DNA of 64,000 nucleotides from a virus. Lineage: Duplodnaviria > Caudoviricetes. Below the pieces are notes generated by a model. The model had not been told where the DNA came from. It made no database searches and saw nothing but the letters and a program-made list of their open reading frames with translations. The translations under genes were made by a program, and so were the position numbers. Where the stretch lies: positions 1,039 through 65,038 of the IMG/VR virus record IMGVR_UViG_3300037502_000519; one strand, given 5' to 3'. How positions within the stretch are numbered: the stretch's first letter is position 1; the number at the start of each line of letters is the position of its first letter. This document shows, one piece after another, positions 1 through 8,953 of this stretch.

Positions 1-56
1 CGGATCTTTTGGTAGATCTTTGCCAGCTTGTCCATAGGGATGTCGTCTTCTTGCAT
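1..56 (-). CDS. 5' end of a phage protein (MQEDDIPMDKLAKIYQKIR...), truncated by the window edge
   Basis: ATG at 56 preceded by strong SD AAGGAGAG (63-70); frame open to the window edge. Confidence 0.6.
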   Translation of the reverse strand, partial: MQEDDIPMDKLAKIYQKI

Positions 57-98
57 GTTGAACTCTCCTTTGTGTTTTTTGGTAGTTTGTCAAATATT

Positions 99-1664
99 TT
101 ACTTCTTGTCAAACAGGACTTCTTCGTACAACTTCACCAGCATGTTGTTGTCCTCCACCCGCTCCGCCAAGCGCTTGAACATCTTGCGCTCGATTTCGCT
201 CCCCTGTAGGTGAATGACGGTTACCTTGTCGCTTGTCTGGCCTTTGCGATCGGAACGTGCGCAGCACTGAATGTAGGTCTCTGTCGACATCACTGGCCCC
301 CAGAACACCACCGTGTCAGCGGCAGTCAACGTGACGCCATGCGCTGCGGCCTGGGGCTGTATGACCAGCACACGCGGGTCGGCCTCTTCCTGAAACTGCT
401 TAAAGATACGCGTGCGTTTGGCTGGCGATATGTCGCCGTGGATGACCTCAGCAGAAGTGTTGTGGCTGAGCAGGTGCTCCTGGATCGTGTCGATGCTGTG
501 CCGGTAGGGAGCGAACACCAACACCTTGCGCTGCGTCTCTTCCAAGATCTCCATGAGCACGTTAAGCCTAGCGCTACAGTCAAACGAAATGATCTCGCTG
601 TTGTCTGTGTACGCTGCCCCTGCACTTATCTGCAACAACTTATTGACTTCAGCTGCTGCGTTTATTGCGGTTATCGTCTCGCCTGCGGCTGCGACCACCA
701 TGCGCTCCTTGAGCATGTTGTAGTACTTCTTCTGCTGCGGGGTGAGCGGTACGTCGCGGGTCTCGGTGATGACAGGCGGCAGGTCAAGGCACTGTGCTTT
801 TGTGAACCGTATTGCTGGCTGCAGCGCTGTGTGCACCTTGTCCTGCGCGTCGAGCTTTGGCAACCACTTGAACATCGTGACCTTGTTCATGGTGGCGTCG
901 CGCCATGCCGTGTAGAACTTCGGCACACCAGAGGGGTTGACTAGCTTAGCCAGCCCATACGCATCAAGAGGCGACTGCGATGCCGGGGTACCGGTCATCA
1001 TCCACAGCAGCGAGTCAGGCTTGAGGATCTTGTTCAGCCCTTTCCAGCGCTTAGTCGAGACGTTCTTGTAAGCGTTGGCCTCGTCCACGATGATCAGATC
1101 AAACCGCCCATCGTTCACGATCTCGTCTGCTATGAGGTTGAGTCCGTCGTAGTTTGTTATCACGAACTCGTATGCACCCTGCACCATCTCGATACGGCGT
1201 GCTGCTTGCTGATGGTGGGCAACGATGGCGCTACGGTGGATGATGCTGTTCTGTAGGTCTGCCATCCATGCCGAGTGCATGATTGACACCGGGCAGAGGA
1301 TAAGGCACCGCCGCACACGCTTGGCACGCATGAGATAGTCCGCAGTCCACAGCGCCGCCAGCGTCTTGCCAGTACCCGGCTCAGAGAAAACGAACGCACG
1401 CTTGTGCAACGTGAGAAACGCGGCGGTCTCGACTTGGTGCTTCATGGGCTTGAATCGCCCAGGCCAGTCGTAACGTGCAGTGATCGGGGAGGGGACGTTC
1501 TTTACTCCTAAGTTCTTTAGGACACGAATCTCGTCCAGCCCCCACCGCACTGCAATCTCGTACACCCCATCTTGTTCACCTACAACTGCCGCCTTCGGAA
1601 TGATGCTGTATTTGCTAGGGTCGCGCGTTCGCAAGACGAGCGCCTTGTTATCAACTATCTGCAT
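99..1664 (-). CDS. SNF2-family (SF2) phage helicase
   Basis: Walker A-like EPGTGKT, DEAN box, MMTGTP motif III, HGVTLTAAD and CARSDRKGQ C-terminal helicase motifs. Confidence 0.9.
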   Translation of the reverse strand: MQIVDNKALVLRTRDPSKYSIIPKAAVVGEQDGVYEIAVRWGLDEIRVLKNLGVKNVPSPITARYDWPGRFKPMKHQVETAAFLTLHKRAFVFSEPGTGKTLAALWTADYLMRAKRVRRCLILCPVSIMHSAWMADLQNSIIHRSAIVAHHQQAARRIEMVQGAYEFVITNYDGLNLIADEIVNDGRFDLIIVDEANAYKNVSTKRWKGLNKILKPDSLLWMMTGTPASQSPLDAYGLAKLVNPSGVPKFYTAWRDATMNKVTMFKWLPKLDAQDKVHTALQPAIRFTKAQCLDLPPVITETRDVPLTPQQKKYYNMLKERMVVAAAGETITAINAAAEVNKLLQISAGAAYTDNSEIISFDCSARLNVLMEILEETQRKVLVFAPYRHSIDTIQEHLLSHNTSAEVIHGDISPAKRTRIFKQFQEEADPRVLVIQPQAAAHGVTLTAADTVVFWGPVMSTETYIQCCARSDRKGQTSDKVTVIHLQGSEIERKMFKRLAERVEDNNMLVKLYEEVLFDKK

Positions 1665-1852
1665 ATTTCTCCTTCAGCCGGTAGACTTCTTCAAGTCCCG
1701 CCTTGTTATGTATTAGGTGGTACTCCAAGATACTGGCACGCATTAGCGTGTTGACGATCTTCTTCCACTCGTCGTCTTTGACCTCGCTAGACAACGCCCA
1801 GCCTTTACCAAACCGCAAGTACCACAGGTCCGTCAACTGCTGAATGTTTAGT

Positions 1853-2113
1853 TTATTTCCCGTTGTCACTCTGATTTGCTTTCTTGCTACGGATGCGCAG
1901 GTTGCCCTGCGTTGATTTGCCGCCAGCACGGAGCGGTTTAATGTGGTCGATGTCTTTGCCCTCACGCTTATCGGCCTTACCATTACCGTTCTTGTCAGCG
2001 CCTGTCTTGTCTATTGCACGGCGTGCACGCTGGCGTTCGTGTTGCAAACTGCCGGGGCCAGAAATGCCGAGCTTCAACGCCTGCTGGTATTCTTTTTTGT
2101 AATCTCTTGCCAT
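1853..2113 (-). CDS. Small HNH-like protein
   Basis: DIDHIKPL...GG...NLRI...N pattern; SD GGAG upstream. Confidence 0.65.
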   Translation of the reverse strand: MARDYKKEYQQALKLGISGPGSLQHERQRARRAIDKTGADKNGNGKADKREGKDIDHIKPLRAGGKSTQGNLRIRSKKANQSDNGK

Positions 2114-2122
2114 GATCTGCTC

Positions 2123-2788
2123 CTAGTGTTTGGGGTGAAATTCACATGAGCGGACTGGACACCATCCGCATAACGGCGTTTGGTTTGGATGCCAAACGTT
2201 GTGCTCAAAAGACGCATAAAGTTTTGACACCCGAAGGCGATACTGCCACCACGCCGACTCCACATCATCCCGCGTCATGCGATGTTTGACCATCGTTTCT
2301 TTCACAACAAACAACAGCGCTGAATCTACTTGGCGTATGTGCGGGAAGTGTGCAAACACCATGAGAGACATCAGCACTAACTGGTCACGGTCTGGGTACT
2401 TGTCATTGCCGGTCTTGTAGTCAACGATTCTCGCCGTGAGGTTGTCGTCGTTTACTATCAGTAGGTCAGCAATACCACGCACCCAGACGTTCTCATCTTT
2501 AAAGCCGCAGGGTTTGAGGTCAACCGTCAACCCCATCTCATGCTCCGCGTACTTGCGCCCAGGCTTAGCAACGAGCGCATCTAGCGTTGGCTGTAGAAAG
2601 TCGAACTGCTTGGGCAGCGGTGTGCCCTCCTTCACGAACATCTCTGCGGCGGCGTGTAGTTCTTTACCGTAGCGGATCTGTTCTGTGTCTGGTTGTGGAA
2701 ACTTCTTTAGAACTTTGACTTCGTAGTACCTGCGCCCACACCCTTCAAAGTCCTTCAGACCGCTGTGTGACCAAGTTAGTTTTTGCAT
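2123..2788 (-). CDS. Cas4-like PD-(D/E)XK exonuclease
   Basis: GIADL...IVDYKTG nuclease core; one N-terminal Cys plus C-terminal CxxCxxxxC Fe-S-type cluster. Confidence 0.85.
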   Translation of the reverse strand: MQKLTWSHSGLKDFEGCGRRYYEVKVLKKFPQPDTEQIRYGKELHAAAEMFVKEGTPLPKQFDFLQPTLDALVAKPGRKYAEHEMGLTVDLKPCGFKDENVWVRGIADLLIVNDDNLTARIVDYKTGNDKYPDRDQLVLMSLMVFAHFPHIRQVDSALLFVVKETMVKHRMTRDDVESAWWQYRLRVSKLYASFEHNVWHPNQTPLCGWCPVRSCEFHPKH

Positions 2789-2790
2789 TG

Positions 2791-3090
2791 TCAGAACTTT
2801 ACAGAGTTGATGGCGTTGCTCAGCCGGTGTGAGAAGGCGGTAACAAACTTCTCGTTACGCGTCAGCTTGTGGTCCATATCAGAGAGTATGGCGTGGGTGA
2901 CCTCATGCCAGAACGTCTCCTGCACATCTTCCTTGCGGTACTTCACGTCACGGGTATTGCTGTGGGTTGCAACGTTAATGGTGCTGTTGCGAAAGCTCGT
3001 ACTACCCATAGCGCCGGGTTCATCCATCGTCTTGACCAGATTGACCTCGTACCACGTGTCACCAACTTTGATTTTCTTAGGTAGCTTCAT
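2791..3090 (-). CDS. Small zincin-like (HExxH) protein
   Basis: TFWHEVTHAIL motif; start overlaps the polA stop. Confidence 0.6.
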   Translation of the reverse strand: MKLPKKIKVGDTWYEVNLVKTMDEPGAMGSTSFRNSTINVATHSNTRDVKYRKEDVQETFWHEVTHAILSDMDHKLTRNEKFVTAFSHRLSNAINSVKF

Positions 3091-5051
3091 TTTGCATCTC
3101 CATATCGTTTTGCGGAGTCGATCTCAGCCGCTAGTGGTATCCCCGGCATGTACTTCGGCTCCATGACCATCTGCGCTAAAACCCAAGTTTTAGCGTCCTC
3201 TTCTTCTGTCTCAGGTACAAGACAGACAACCTCGTCGTGAACGGTCAACAAGCACGGGTACCTTTCTTGTATCCGTAGCATGCCGTCCGTCATGACGCAC
3301 CTAGCCACTGCCTGAACAATGTTTTCAGTCAGTTTCCCCCCATATAGCTTCTTATGGGTTGGGCCGTACTCCCACTGCATGCGGCCTTTATCGTCCGCTT
3401 TTCCTAGGATGGGATTATATCGCAGGGCCATACCGCTTGGCAATACGATCCGCTCCTTCTCAAACTGGATGCACTTGTGTGCATACGTATGCCCCTCCAC
3501 CAAACTTCTTTTGATTAAGTTCTGGCAGATCTCCCAGAACTGCACCACGGGCTGTGCGGCGTCCCGGTACTTGTCGATGATCTTCTTGGCAGACACGGCG
3601 TGTACCAACAACTCATCATCGGTACAGGTGTGAGGTATCTCTCTGAGCCGCTTGCCGTTCTCCTCCCACTCCAGAAACTTGGTGATGTACTCTGCGTTCA
3701 CGCCAAGCTGTTTGGCAAACGCTTTGTCGTATCTTGTCGGAGGTGCGCCCAGGAACCCTGTCAACAACTGCGCCGCGAACGATGCCCACCCTAGCCCATA
3801 GCCTGCGCCTAGCAGGGCCGACTTGGCAGACTGACGGAGCGCTGGGTGACTCTCTTTGCTAAGCCCCGGTATGCCGAACATCTGCGCACCGAACATAGCG
3901 TAGGCATCCTGCCCTGACTTAAAGATGTTGAGCAGATCGTCGTAGTCAGCCAGCCACGCCAGCACACGCGGCTCGATCTGTGACAAGTCGCACACCACCA
4001 AGGTGTAGCCTGCCGGTGCCATGATCGCCCTGCGCAGGAACGACCCACGCTTGAGGTTCTGGAGGTTTAGCCCTGACCCCTTGCTGGCAGACCAGCGCCC
4101 TGTATGTGCGCCGTAATAGTTAAGGGGTACCGGTAGCGTGCCGCGTTGTGCAATGTCAAGGAACCGCTGTGCGCGTGTACGTTCCAGTGTTGATTTAACT
4201 GCCAGCCGCGCTTCACAAAGGAGCGCCACATCCTCGTCATCGGCGTTGAGAAGCGCCTGGAATAGTGCATCGTTCTTAGCAAGCGCAAGCGCCTTCTGAC
4301 CCGTGGTCTTACTAATCTTAATCGGCGGCTCAACACCCAACTGGCGTAGCAGTTCGCCAAACTGCGGGTTGCTTGCCAGGACTGCTTCTTCAACACCAAG
4401 ACGTAGAAGAAGTGATTCACGCTTTGTTCTCTCTTCATCGATAGCCGCACTCAACATCTCCTTATCTAGTTCTAGTATCGGGTTGATGAACATCTTGAGC
4501 GTCATGTCTATCAGCCGTAGCTCTTTGGCAGGGTAGCCCTTGATGAGTCTCTTGAAAACTTCTTCGCACAGGAACGTGTCATGCGCACAGTAGTCGGCGA
4601 GTTCTTTCTCTATCTCTGGCGTCAGATCCTCCAGCCCGTCTGTGCTGTGCACGGCTTTGCCCTTGGGCGGCAGGCCGAACTCCTCAGATAGTTTTGCTAG
4701 GCTGTTGCCCACCTCCACACCGCGTAGCGCACGGGCCATAGACAGCGAGTCGAAGATGAAGCACGGCTTCACCCCGTAGACCCACGACAGTATGGCGACA
4801 TCGAACTGTGCGTTGTGCGCCAGCACCGCTGTCTCTGACCAGTCTATTGAGGAGAAGAGGTCTGGCAGTTCGGCGTGGCTGTACCAGCGTGTGTTGTCCT
4901 CGCCGTAGTCTTTAATGCAGGCACCGAACGCCTTGAACTTCTCGTTGCGTACGTACTGTTCGGTGGTTAGTTTGCTGAGCGTGTAGTCTTTACTAGACCA
5001 GCGCGTCTCAAAGTCGATTACTACTATGCGCTTGTATGGCTGCTTTGACAT
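3087..5051 (-). CDS. polA: Family A DNA polymerase with 3'-5' exonuclease domain
   Basis: Exo I DFET, Exo II HNAQFD, Exo III YCAHD; TGRWS; motif A DLSQIEPR; motif B RQSAKSALLGAGYG; motif C VHDE. Confidence 0.95.
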   Translation of the reverse strand: MSKQPYKRIVVIDFETRWSSKDYTLSKLTTEQYVRNEKFKAFGACIKDYGEDNTRWYSHAELPDLFSSIDWSETAVLAHNAQFDVAILSWVYGVKPCFIFDSLSMARALRGVEVGNSLAKLSEEFGLPPKGKAVHSTDGLEDLTPEIEKELADYCAHDTFLCEEVFKRLIKGYPAKELRLIDMTLKMFINPILELDKEMLSAAIDEERTKRESLLLRLGVEEAVLASNPQFGELLRQLGVEPPIKISKTTGQKALALAKNDALFQALLNADDEDVALLCEARLAVKSTLERTRAQRFLDIAQRGTLPVPLNYYGAHTGRWSASKGSGLNLQNLKRGSFLRRAIMAPAGYTLVVCDLSQIEPRVLAWLADYDDLLNIFKSGQDAYAMFGAQMFGIPGLSKESHPALRQSAKSALLGAGYGLGWASFAAQLLTGFLGAPPTRYDKAFAKQLGVNAEYITKFLEWEENGKRLREIPHTCTDDELLVHAVSAKKIIDKYRDAAQPVVQFWEICQNLIKRSLVEGHTYAHKCIQFEKERIVLPSGMALRYNPILGKADDKGRMQWEYGPTHKKLYGGKLTENIVQAVARCVMTDGMLRIQERYPCLLTVHDEVVCLVPETEEEDAKTWVLAQMVMEPKYMPGIPLAAEIDSAKRYGDAK

Positions 5052-5307
5052 ATTCTAGGTTCCCCTCATTAATAACAATGGCAACGCCACCTGCGCGGCG
5101 TATCTTCTCTAGTTCTCGTTCTTGTAGTTCTGTTGTCTTGTTGCTCCCCGCTTTGCACTCGATGGCGAAGAAGCACCCCTGGTAGCAACCTATGATGTCT
5201 GGCACCCCGGCACGACCAAAACCCCCCATGAGGGGGAAGAAATGGTACGCGCCGAGTTCATCCAGAATCGCCTTGACCTTCTTCTTTACCTTGGCCTCCG
5301 GCGTCAT
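5008..5307 (-). CDS. VRR-NUC domain nuclease
   Basis: E..V....L ... GVPDIIG ... IECKA ... LQ ... GG pattern. Confidence 0.9.
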   Translation of the reverse strand: MTPEAKVKKKVKAILDELGAYHFFPLMGGFGRAGVPDIIGCYQGCFFAIECKAGSNKTTELQERELEKIRRAGGVAIVINEGNLEYVKAAIQAHSSNRL

Positions 5308-5316
5308 AGCAGTGCC

Positions 5317-5499
5317 CTACCAATAGAAGTCAGGGGGTCTGGCGTCTGTGCTTTTCCCCACTTCGCCAGTTCGCTGGGGCGAACGCGGGTAAATGGATTC
5401 ACGGGATAGGGCATGGATGCGGTCCAGGAGGGATCGTAGGTACTCGACCTCTCTAGCTCTTTCTTCAAGTCTACGCTGTAGGTTTTTGATAACTTCATC
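5317..5499 (-). CDS. Small hypothetical protein(s); two overlapping frames, real gene uncertain
   Basis: Overlapping ORFs 5304-5534 and 5317-5589 fill the gap in the operon; start not resolved. Confidence 0.3.
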   Translation of the reverse strand, partial: DEVIKNLQRRLEERAREVEYLRSLLDRIHALSRESIYPRSPQRTGEVGKSTDARPPDFYW

Positions 5500-5585
5500 T
5501 TTATCCTCCATTGGGCCGCACGCTTTCTGCCCACACAAGTATGGCGCTGGACGCACGCACGATGTTTTTACTAATGTTCTCGATC

Positions 5586-5921
5586 TCAAGAACGTCTTGT
5601 TCGCTTAGCCTTGGGTTTGCGCACAGGGCTTGCAGTCTTTCTGACGACTGCTTCAGGGTTACTACTGAGTTCGCTGGGTCGTTGATTGCTGTTAATTGCA
5701 TGTAACACCTCCAAGAGTTTTTCAAGATAGTGGATGCCTTTGCTAATTTCCTGCGGGGATTCATCCTTGGCCCCCATGCGCATGATGTACTTCAACGCGC
5801 CACCGCGATAATAACCAATACGTTGATCTTCAGGCCACGTGTCTACAACGTCCCACGGCTCAACGCCCATAGCTTTGTAATGCGTGCCGCCAACTTGTTT
5901 GTCTCTAGCGCTCATGATCAC
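5586..5921 (-). CDS. DUF3310 family protein (T7 gp1.7-like, putative nucleotide kinase)
   Basis: QVGGTHYK...EPWD...GALKYIMR.G.K...KGIHYL signature. Confidence 0.8.
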   Translation of the reverse strand: MIMSARDKQVGGTHYKAMGVEPWDVVDTWPEDQRIGYYRGGALKYIMRMGAKDESPQEISKGIHYLEKLLEVLHAINSNQRPSELSSNPEAVVRKTASPVRKPKAKRTRRS

Positions 5922-6190
5922 TCCTTCACAGGTTGTTTGTTAGCCCACAGATTCACACAGGTCTGCTCCAGATCTAACGACGGTGGGTTCGTCTTTAGTG
6001 CGTCCTTGATGCCCATGTTGTACGCCTGCACAACGTCCTTGGGCATAGTCAACTGGCTGGCATCTGGCTGTGCAGTAAGTTTGTTGTAGACCAGAACAAC
6101 CAACAGCATCACAAACATACCGAACATAGCGCCGATCCAGAAGCGCTCATCGTGATCGCGGTAGAACTTAGTTTCTTGTGTGTGGTTCAT
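5918..6190 (-). CDS. Hypothetical membrane protein
   Basis: One hydrophobic segment FWIGAMFGMFVMLLVVLV; ATGA coupling; SD AAGGAG. Confidence 0.65.
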   Translation of the reverse strand: MNHTQETKFYRDHDERFWIGAMFGMFVMLLVVLVYNKLTAQPDASQLTMPKDVVQAYNMGIKDALKTNPPSLDLEQTCVNLWANKQPVKE

Positions 6191-6528
6191 GCTTTTTCTC
6201 CTTGATAAATTTTAGAATGCCATTTTGTGATGAGCCTTCCATGCACGTTGCGATCATTGGCTCTCACCCATCCTGCACCTTCTATGATGTTTTCTTTTAT
6301 GGCTTGGCGTGGTATGGCACCCCATGCCCTAGTATCTGGTGGGAAGGGTAGATCGGGGTGCGAAAGACGGACTTCTTCTGTGGTAAAAAACTCGTGGGTC
6401 TTTGCATAAGATACGAACGCATCGAACGCTGTTCCTCGCCATGCCAATCCTGCATTATCAGCGGCAACTTCTGCCGCCCTGTGCCCAAGGGCAAGACCTT
6501 CGTGGATTTCTCGTTCTTGGTCGGTCAT
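6187..6528 (-). CDS. Hypothetical phage protein
   Basis: SD AAGGAG; ATGA overlap; RAWGAI...W.S pattern. Confidence 0.7.
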   Translation of the reverse strand: MTDQEREIHEGLALGHRAAEVAADNAGLAWRGTAFDAFVSYAKTHEFFTTEEVRLSHPDLPFPPDTRAWGAIPRQAIKENIIEGAGWVRANDRNVHGRLITKWHSKIYQGEKA

Positions 6529-6743
6529 GTGTTTTTCTCCTTTTCTGCGGTTTCGTAGCCCGCTACAAACCCCTTATGCCATGCTTTATGCCAGCATAGG
6601 CACCACATCTCGTAGTATCCCCGTTGTAGCGGAAATGAAAACTCTGGCTCTTTAAAATACTCCTTTACATCTTTGCGTTTAATAAACGCTTCCCATGCCT
6701 TGTCACGCTCTGGGTTTTTGACTGGTATGTTGTTTAGTTTCAT
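6525..6743 (-). CDS. Small hypothetical protein (modular array), probable start MKLNNIP
   Basis: ATG 6743 behind AAGGAGAAGAATAC; ends EKEKNT*. Confidence 0.65.
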   Translation of the reverse strand: MKLNNIPVKNPERDKAWEAFIKRKDVKEYFKEPEFSFPLQRGYYEMWCLCWHKAWHKGFVAGYETAEKEKNT

Positions 6744-6937
6744 GTATTCTTCTCCTTTAGTTTGGCTTCGATCTGGTCGAACAACTTGCGGGTATAGCCC
6801 TTGATAGGGGTCTCTCCCCACGGGCCGATGATTTCTTTGATCTCCTCGTCGGTCAGACCAACCCATTGTTTGGCGTTCTCTCGTTCACACCCAGACCTCT
6901 TACAAAGACCACCGCAAGACGGGCATTGTCTATCCAT
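6740..6937 (-). CDS. Small Cys-rich protein carrying the WVGLTD...IEAKLKEKNT module
   Basis: CPSCGGLC..SGC N-terminus plus shared C-terminal module. Confidence 0.7.
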   Translation of the reverse strand: MDRQCPSCGGLCKRSGCERENAKQWVGLTDEEIKEIIGPWGETPIKGYTRKLFDQIEAKLKEKNT

Positions 6938-7244
6938 TGTTCCGCTCCTTTAGTTTGGCTTCGATAGCTCGGGCAAACTTCGCAATGTCTTTAGGCAGTG
7001 TCGGCTCCTCTGCTGGGTGGAAAGGCCAGAGTTGCTGATACTCCAGCCAAATTGCCTCATCCGTCAGCCCAACCCATTCACGGTCACGTGCTCTTATAAA
7101 AGCGGCTCGATAGTCGTACAGTTGATGGGTAAGCTGATGGTTTTCATCACGCAATTTCTCCACCACACACAACAAACACTCGCCCTGAAAATCTTCATAG
7201 CCTTGCAAATGATCTTTGTGGCACACGACCGTAATCTTGTTCAT
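6930..7244 (-). CDS. Small protein carrying the WVGLTD...IEAKLKERN module
   Basis: SD AAGGAG; ATGA overlap; shared module. Confidence 0.7.
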   Translation of the reverse strand: MNKITVVCHKDHLQGYEDFQGECLLCVVEKLRDENHQLTHQLYDYRAAFIRARDREWVGLTDEAIWLEYQQLWPFHPAEEPTLPKDIAKFARAIEAKLKERNNG

Positions 7245-7864
7245 GTGTTCTTCTCCTTTAGTTTGGCTTCGATGGCAGGAAAAATGTCAGTCCAAAGCCT
7301 TCCTTCGTAATTTTTTAGCAAATCAACCATCTCACCATCCGTCAGCCCAACCCATTCTTTTGATGGTGCGGGTAAATTAACCCTTGCAAACCTAACGCCA
7401 GCAAGAAAAGCAGCGTAGTTGTCGGACTGCTCTGCCGCAATTTCAACGTCACTTGATTCTGGCTCAAGCCAAAATAATTCTCCAATTTGCTCTGCCGTGT
7501 ACTCAGTAAAATCGTTGCCGCCCCAATGGACAAGTGTTTTTCCAGAGGTAGAAGTAGCCCATACGGTGCAAAGTTCGTCAGTTTCAATACACCTCAAAAG
7601 GTTCCCACGGCGAAGTTTGATAGGCTCATGTCGATCTTTTGCCGTTTCATCGACACGTTCTTGCGATATGTCGCTGGCGTGTACAGGTGCGGTGTAAACA
7701 TTCGTTTCGGAGTAATACAGTTTCCCTGCCATATCCAACCGCACTCTTATTTCTCCGTCTACAAGCCACGCCACAGGCTCTTGCTTCTCTGCCTGCTCTG
7801 CATACTCTGGCGAAGCGCAGACGTAACATTCTTTAGACGTTAATCCATGTTCGCATTTAGGCAT
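7241..7864 (-). CDS. Modular protein (EQAEKQEPV and WVGLTD...IEAKLKEKNT modules), probable start MPKCEH
   Basis: ATG 7864 behind AAGGAGAAGAATCA; shared modules. Confidence 0.7.
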   Translation of the reverse strand: MPKCEHGLTSKECYVCASPEYAEQAEKQEPVAWLVDGEIRVRLDMAGKLYYSETNVYTAPVHASDISQERVDETAKDRHEPIKLRRGNLLRCIETDELCTVWATSTSGKTLVHWGGNDFTEYTAEQIGELFWLEPESSDVEIAAEQSDNYAAFLAGVRFARVNLPAPSKEWVGLTDGEMVDLLKNYEGRLWTDIFPAIEAKLKEKNT

Positions 7865-8183
7865 TGATTCTTCTCCTTGCTCTGAAAATTCCACGCACAT
7901 CAGGGTCGTTAACGCCAACGCACTTGTCACCCACTGAGTACTTGACGACCTTGAACTGCATCTCATGTACCAGACCGCAGTCGCAGCATTTCATGAAGTA
8001 TTGCTCCGGGTCGGGGCAGACCCACTCTGACCAATCGCCCTCCTTCTCAACCTCATGCACGATGAAGTCTTGCGGCAGACCTTCTTGCTTCTCTGCCTGC
8101 TCTAACTTTTGGCGCAACTCATCCCGCTGCGCTCGTATGCACTCGGGTCTGTCGCAGTAGTAACTACAAGTATGTGTGTTCAT
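7857..8183 (-). CDS. Modular Cys-rich protein (HTCSYYC..PEC and EQAEKQE modules, CCDCGLVH domain)
   Basis: ORF track; ATGA overlap; shared modules. Confidence 0.7.
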   Translation of the reverse strand: MNTHTCSYYCDRPECIRAQRDELRQKLEQAEKQEGLPQDFIVHEVEKEGDWSEWVCPDPEQYFMKCCDCGLVHEMQFKVVKYSVGDKCVGVNDPDVRGIFRARRRINA

Positions 8184-8389
8184 TTCTCACCCCTTGCTCT
8201 GATTGCTTTTGCGATTCGGTTGCGCTCTTTGAGACATATTTTTAACGCCGTGTAAGACAACGGCTCACCCGTTCCTTCTTCACACACCTTCGCACACGCC
8301 TCACGCTCCTGCTCAATAGCCCACCTTATTGCGTCTCTAGTGCTGGTGTGACCTTGAATGGCTTGTTCTACGATCTCGTCTGTGCTCAT
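8180..8389 (-). CDS. Small protein carrying the EREACAK...RARGEK module
   Basis: SD; ATGA overlap; module shared with the 8954-9127 ORF. Confidence 0.7.
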   Translation of the reverse strand: MSTDEIVEQAIQGHTSTRDAIRWAIEQEREACAKVCEEGTGEPLSYTALKICLKERNRIAKAIRARGEK

Positions 8390-8703
8390 GTGTTCTTCTC
8401 CTTTATTGCTACTGCGATTAGGTCAAGACATCGCTGTGCAGCGTTAGTAATTGACAGGCCCGATACAATCTCCTGTTGAATTTCAACCTTAGTTAATTGT
8501 CGAGTAATTGAGTGGTCTCCAATCCAAATATGCACACCCGCATACCCCACAGGCTCTTGCTTCTCTGCCTGCTCTATGGCTTGGCGTAGTGCGGTGATGG
8601 CTTCGTCTCCTTGACACCGTGTTTGCGGAATCATGACTCCAGCGGTGTGTTTCCTGTAATCTTCCAAAGCCCTTAATGCTTGCTTCATAGCTGAGATGCT
8701 CAT
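8386..8703 (-). CDS. Modular protein (EQAEKQEPV module, KEKNT end)
   Basis: ORF track; shared modules; ATGA overlap. Confidence 0.7.
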   Translation of the reverse strand: MSISAMKQALRALEDYRKHTAGVMIPQTRCQGDEAITALRQAIEQAEKQEPVGYAGVHIWIGDHSITRQLTKVEIQQEIVSGLSITNAAQRCLDLIAVAIKEKNT

Positions 8704-8939
8704 ATCTCCCTCGCTTTCAGCATTGCGTCTGCAATCTCATAAGACCGAATCGCCAAATAATTGGCCGTCACGTCACGCGATTCAGCTACGCGGTCAAATG
8801 ATTCTGCAAGCCCCTGCATTGCTTTAGCCGCAAAGTAATCACGCAGGGTCATTCCGTCTTGCTCTGGCAGCATCACCTCATAGCAGTTGGTATGACTCAT
8901 TCTAGGAAAAGCGGCGTCGCCAGTTTTCTTGTTGTTCAT
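8700..8939 (-). CDS. Small phage protein (AFP...GMTLRDYFAAKAMQG...AY..ADAML family)
   Basis: Characteristic GMTLRDYFAAKAMQG motif, common in proteobacterial phages. Confidence 0.8.
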   Translation of the reverse strand: MNNKKTGDAAFPRMSHTNCYEVMLPEQDGMTLRDYFAAKAMQGLAESFDRVAESRDVTANYLAIRSYEIADAMLKAREI

Positions 8940-8953
8940 TTCTCACCCCTTGC

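Noticed and set aside
2123-2788. Cas4-like gene as a sign of CRISPR
   Set aside because: No repeat-spacer array or other cas genes seen; solo Cas4-like nucleases are common in phage replication modules.
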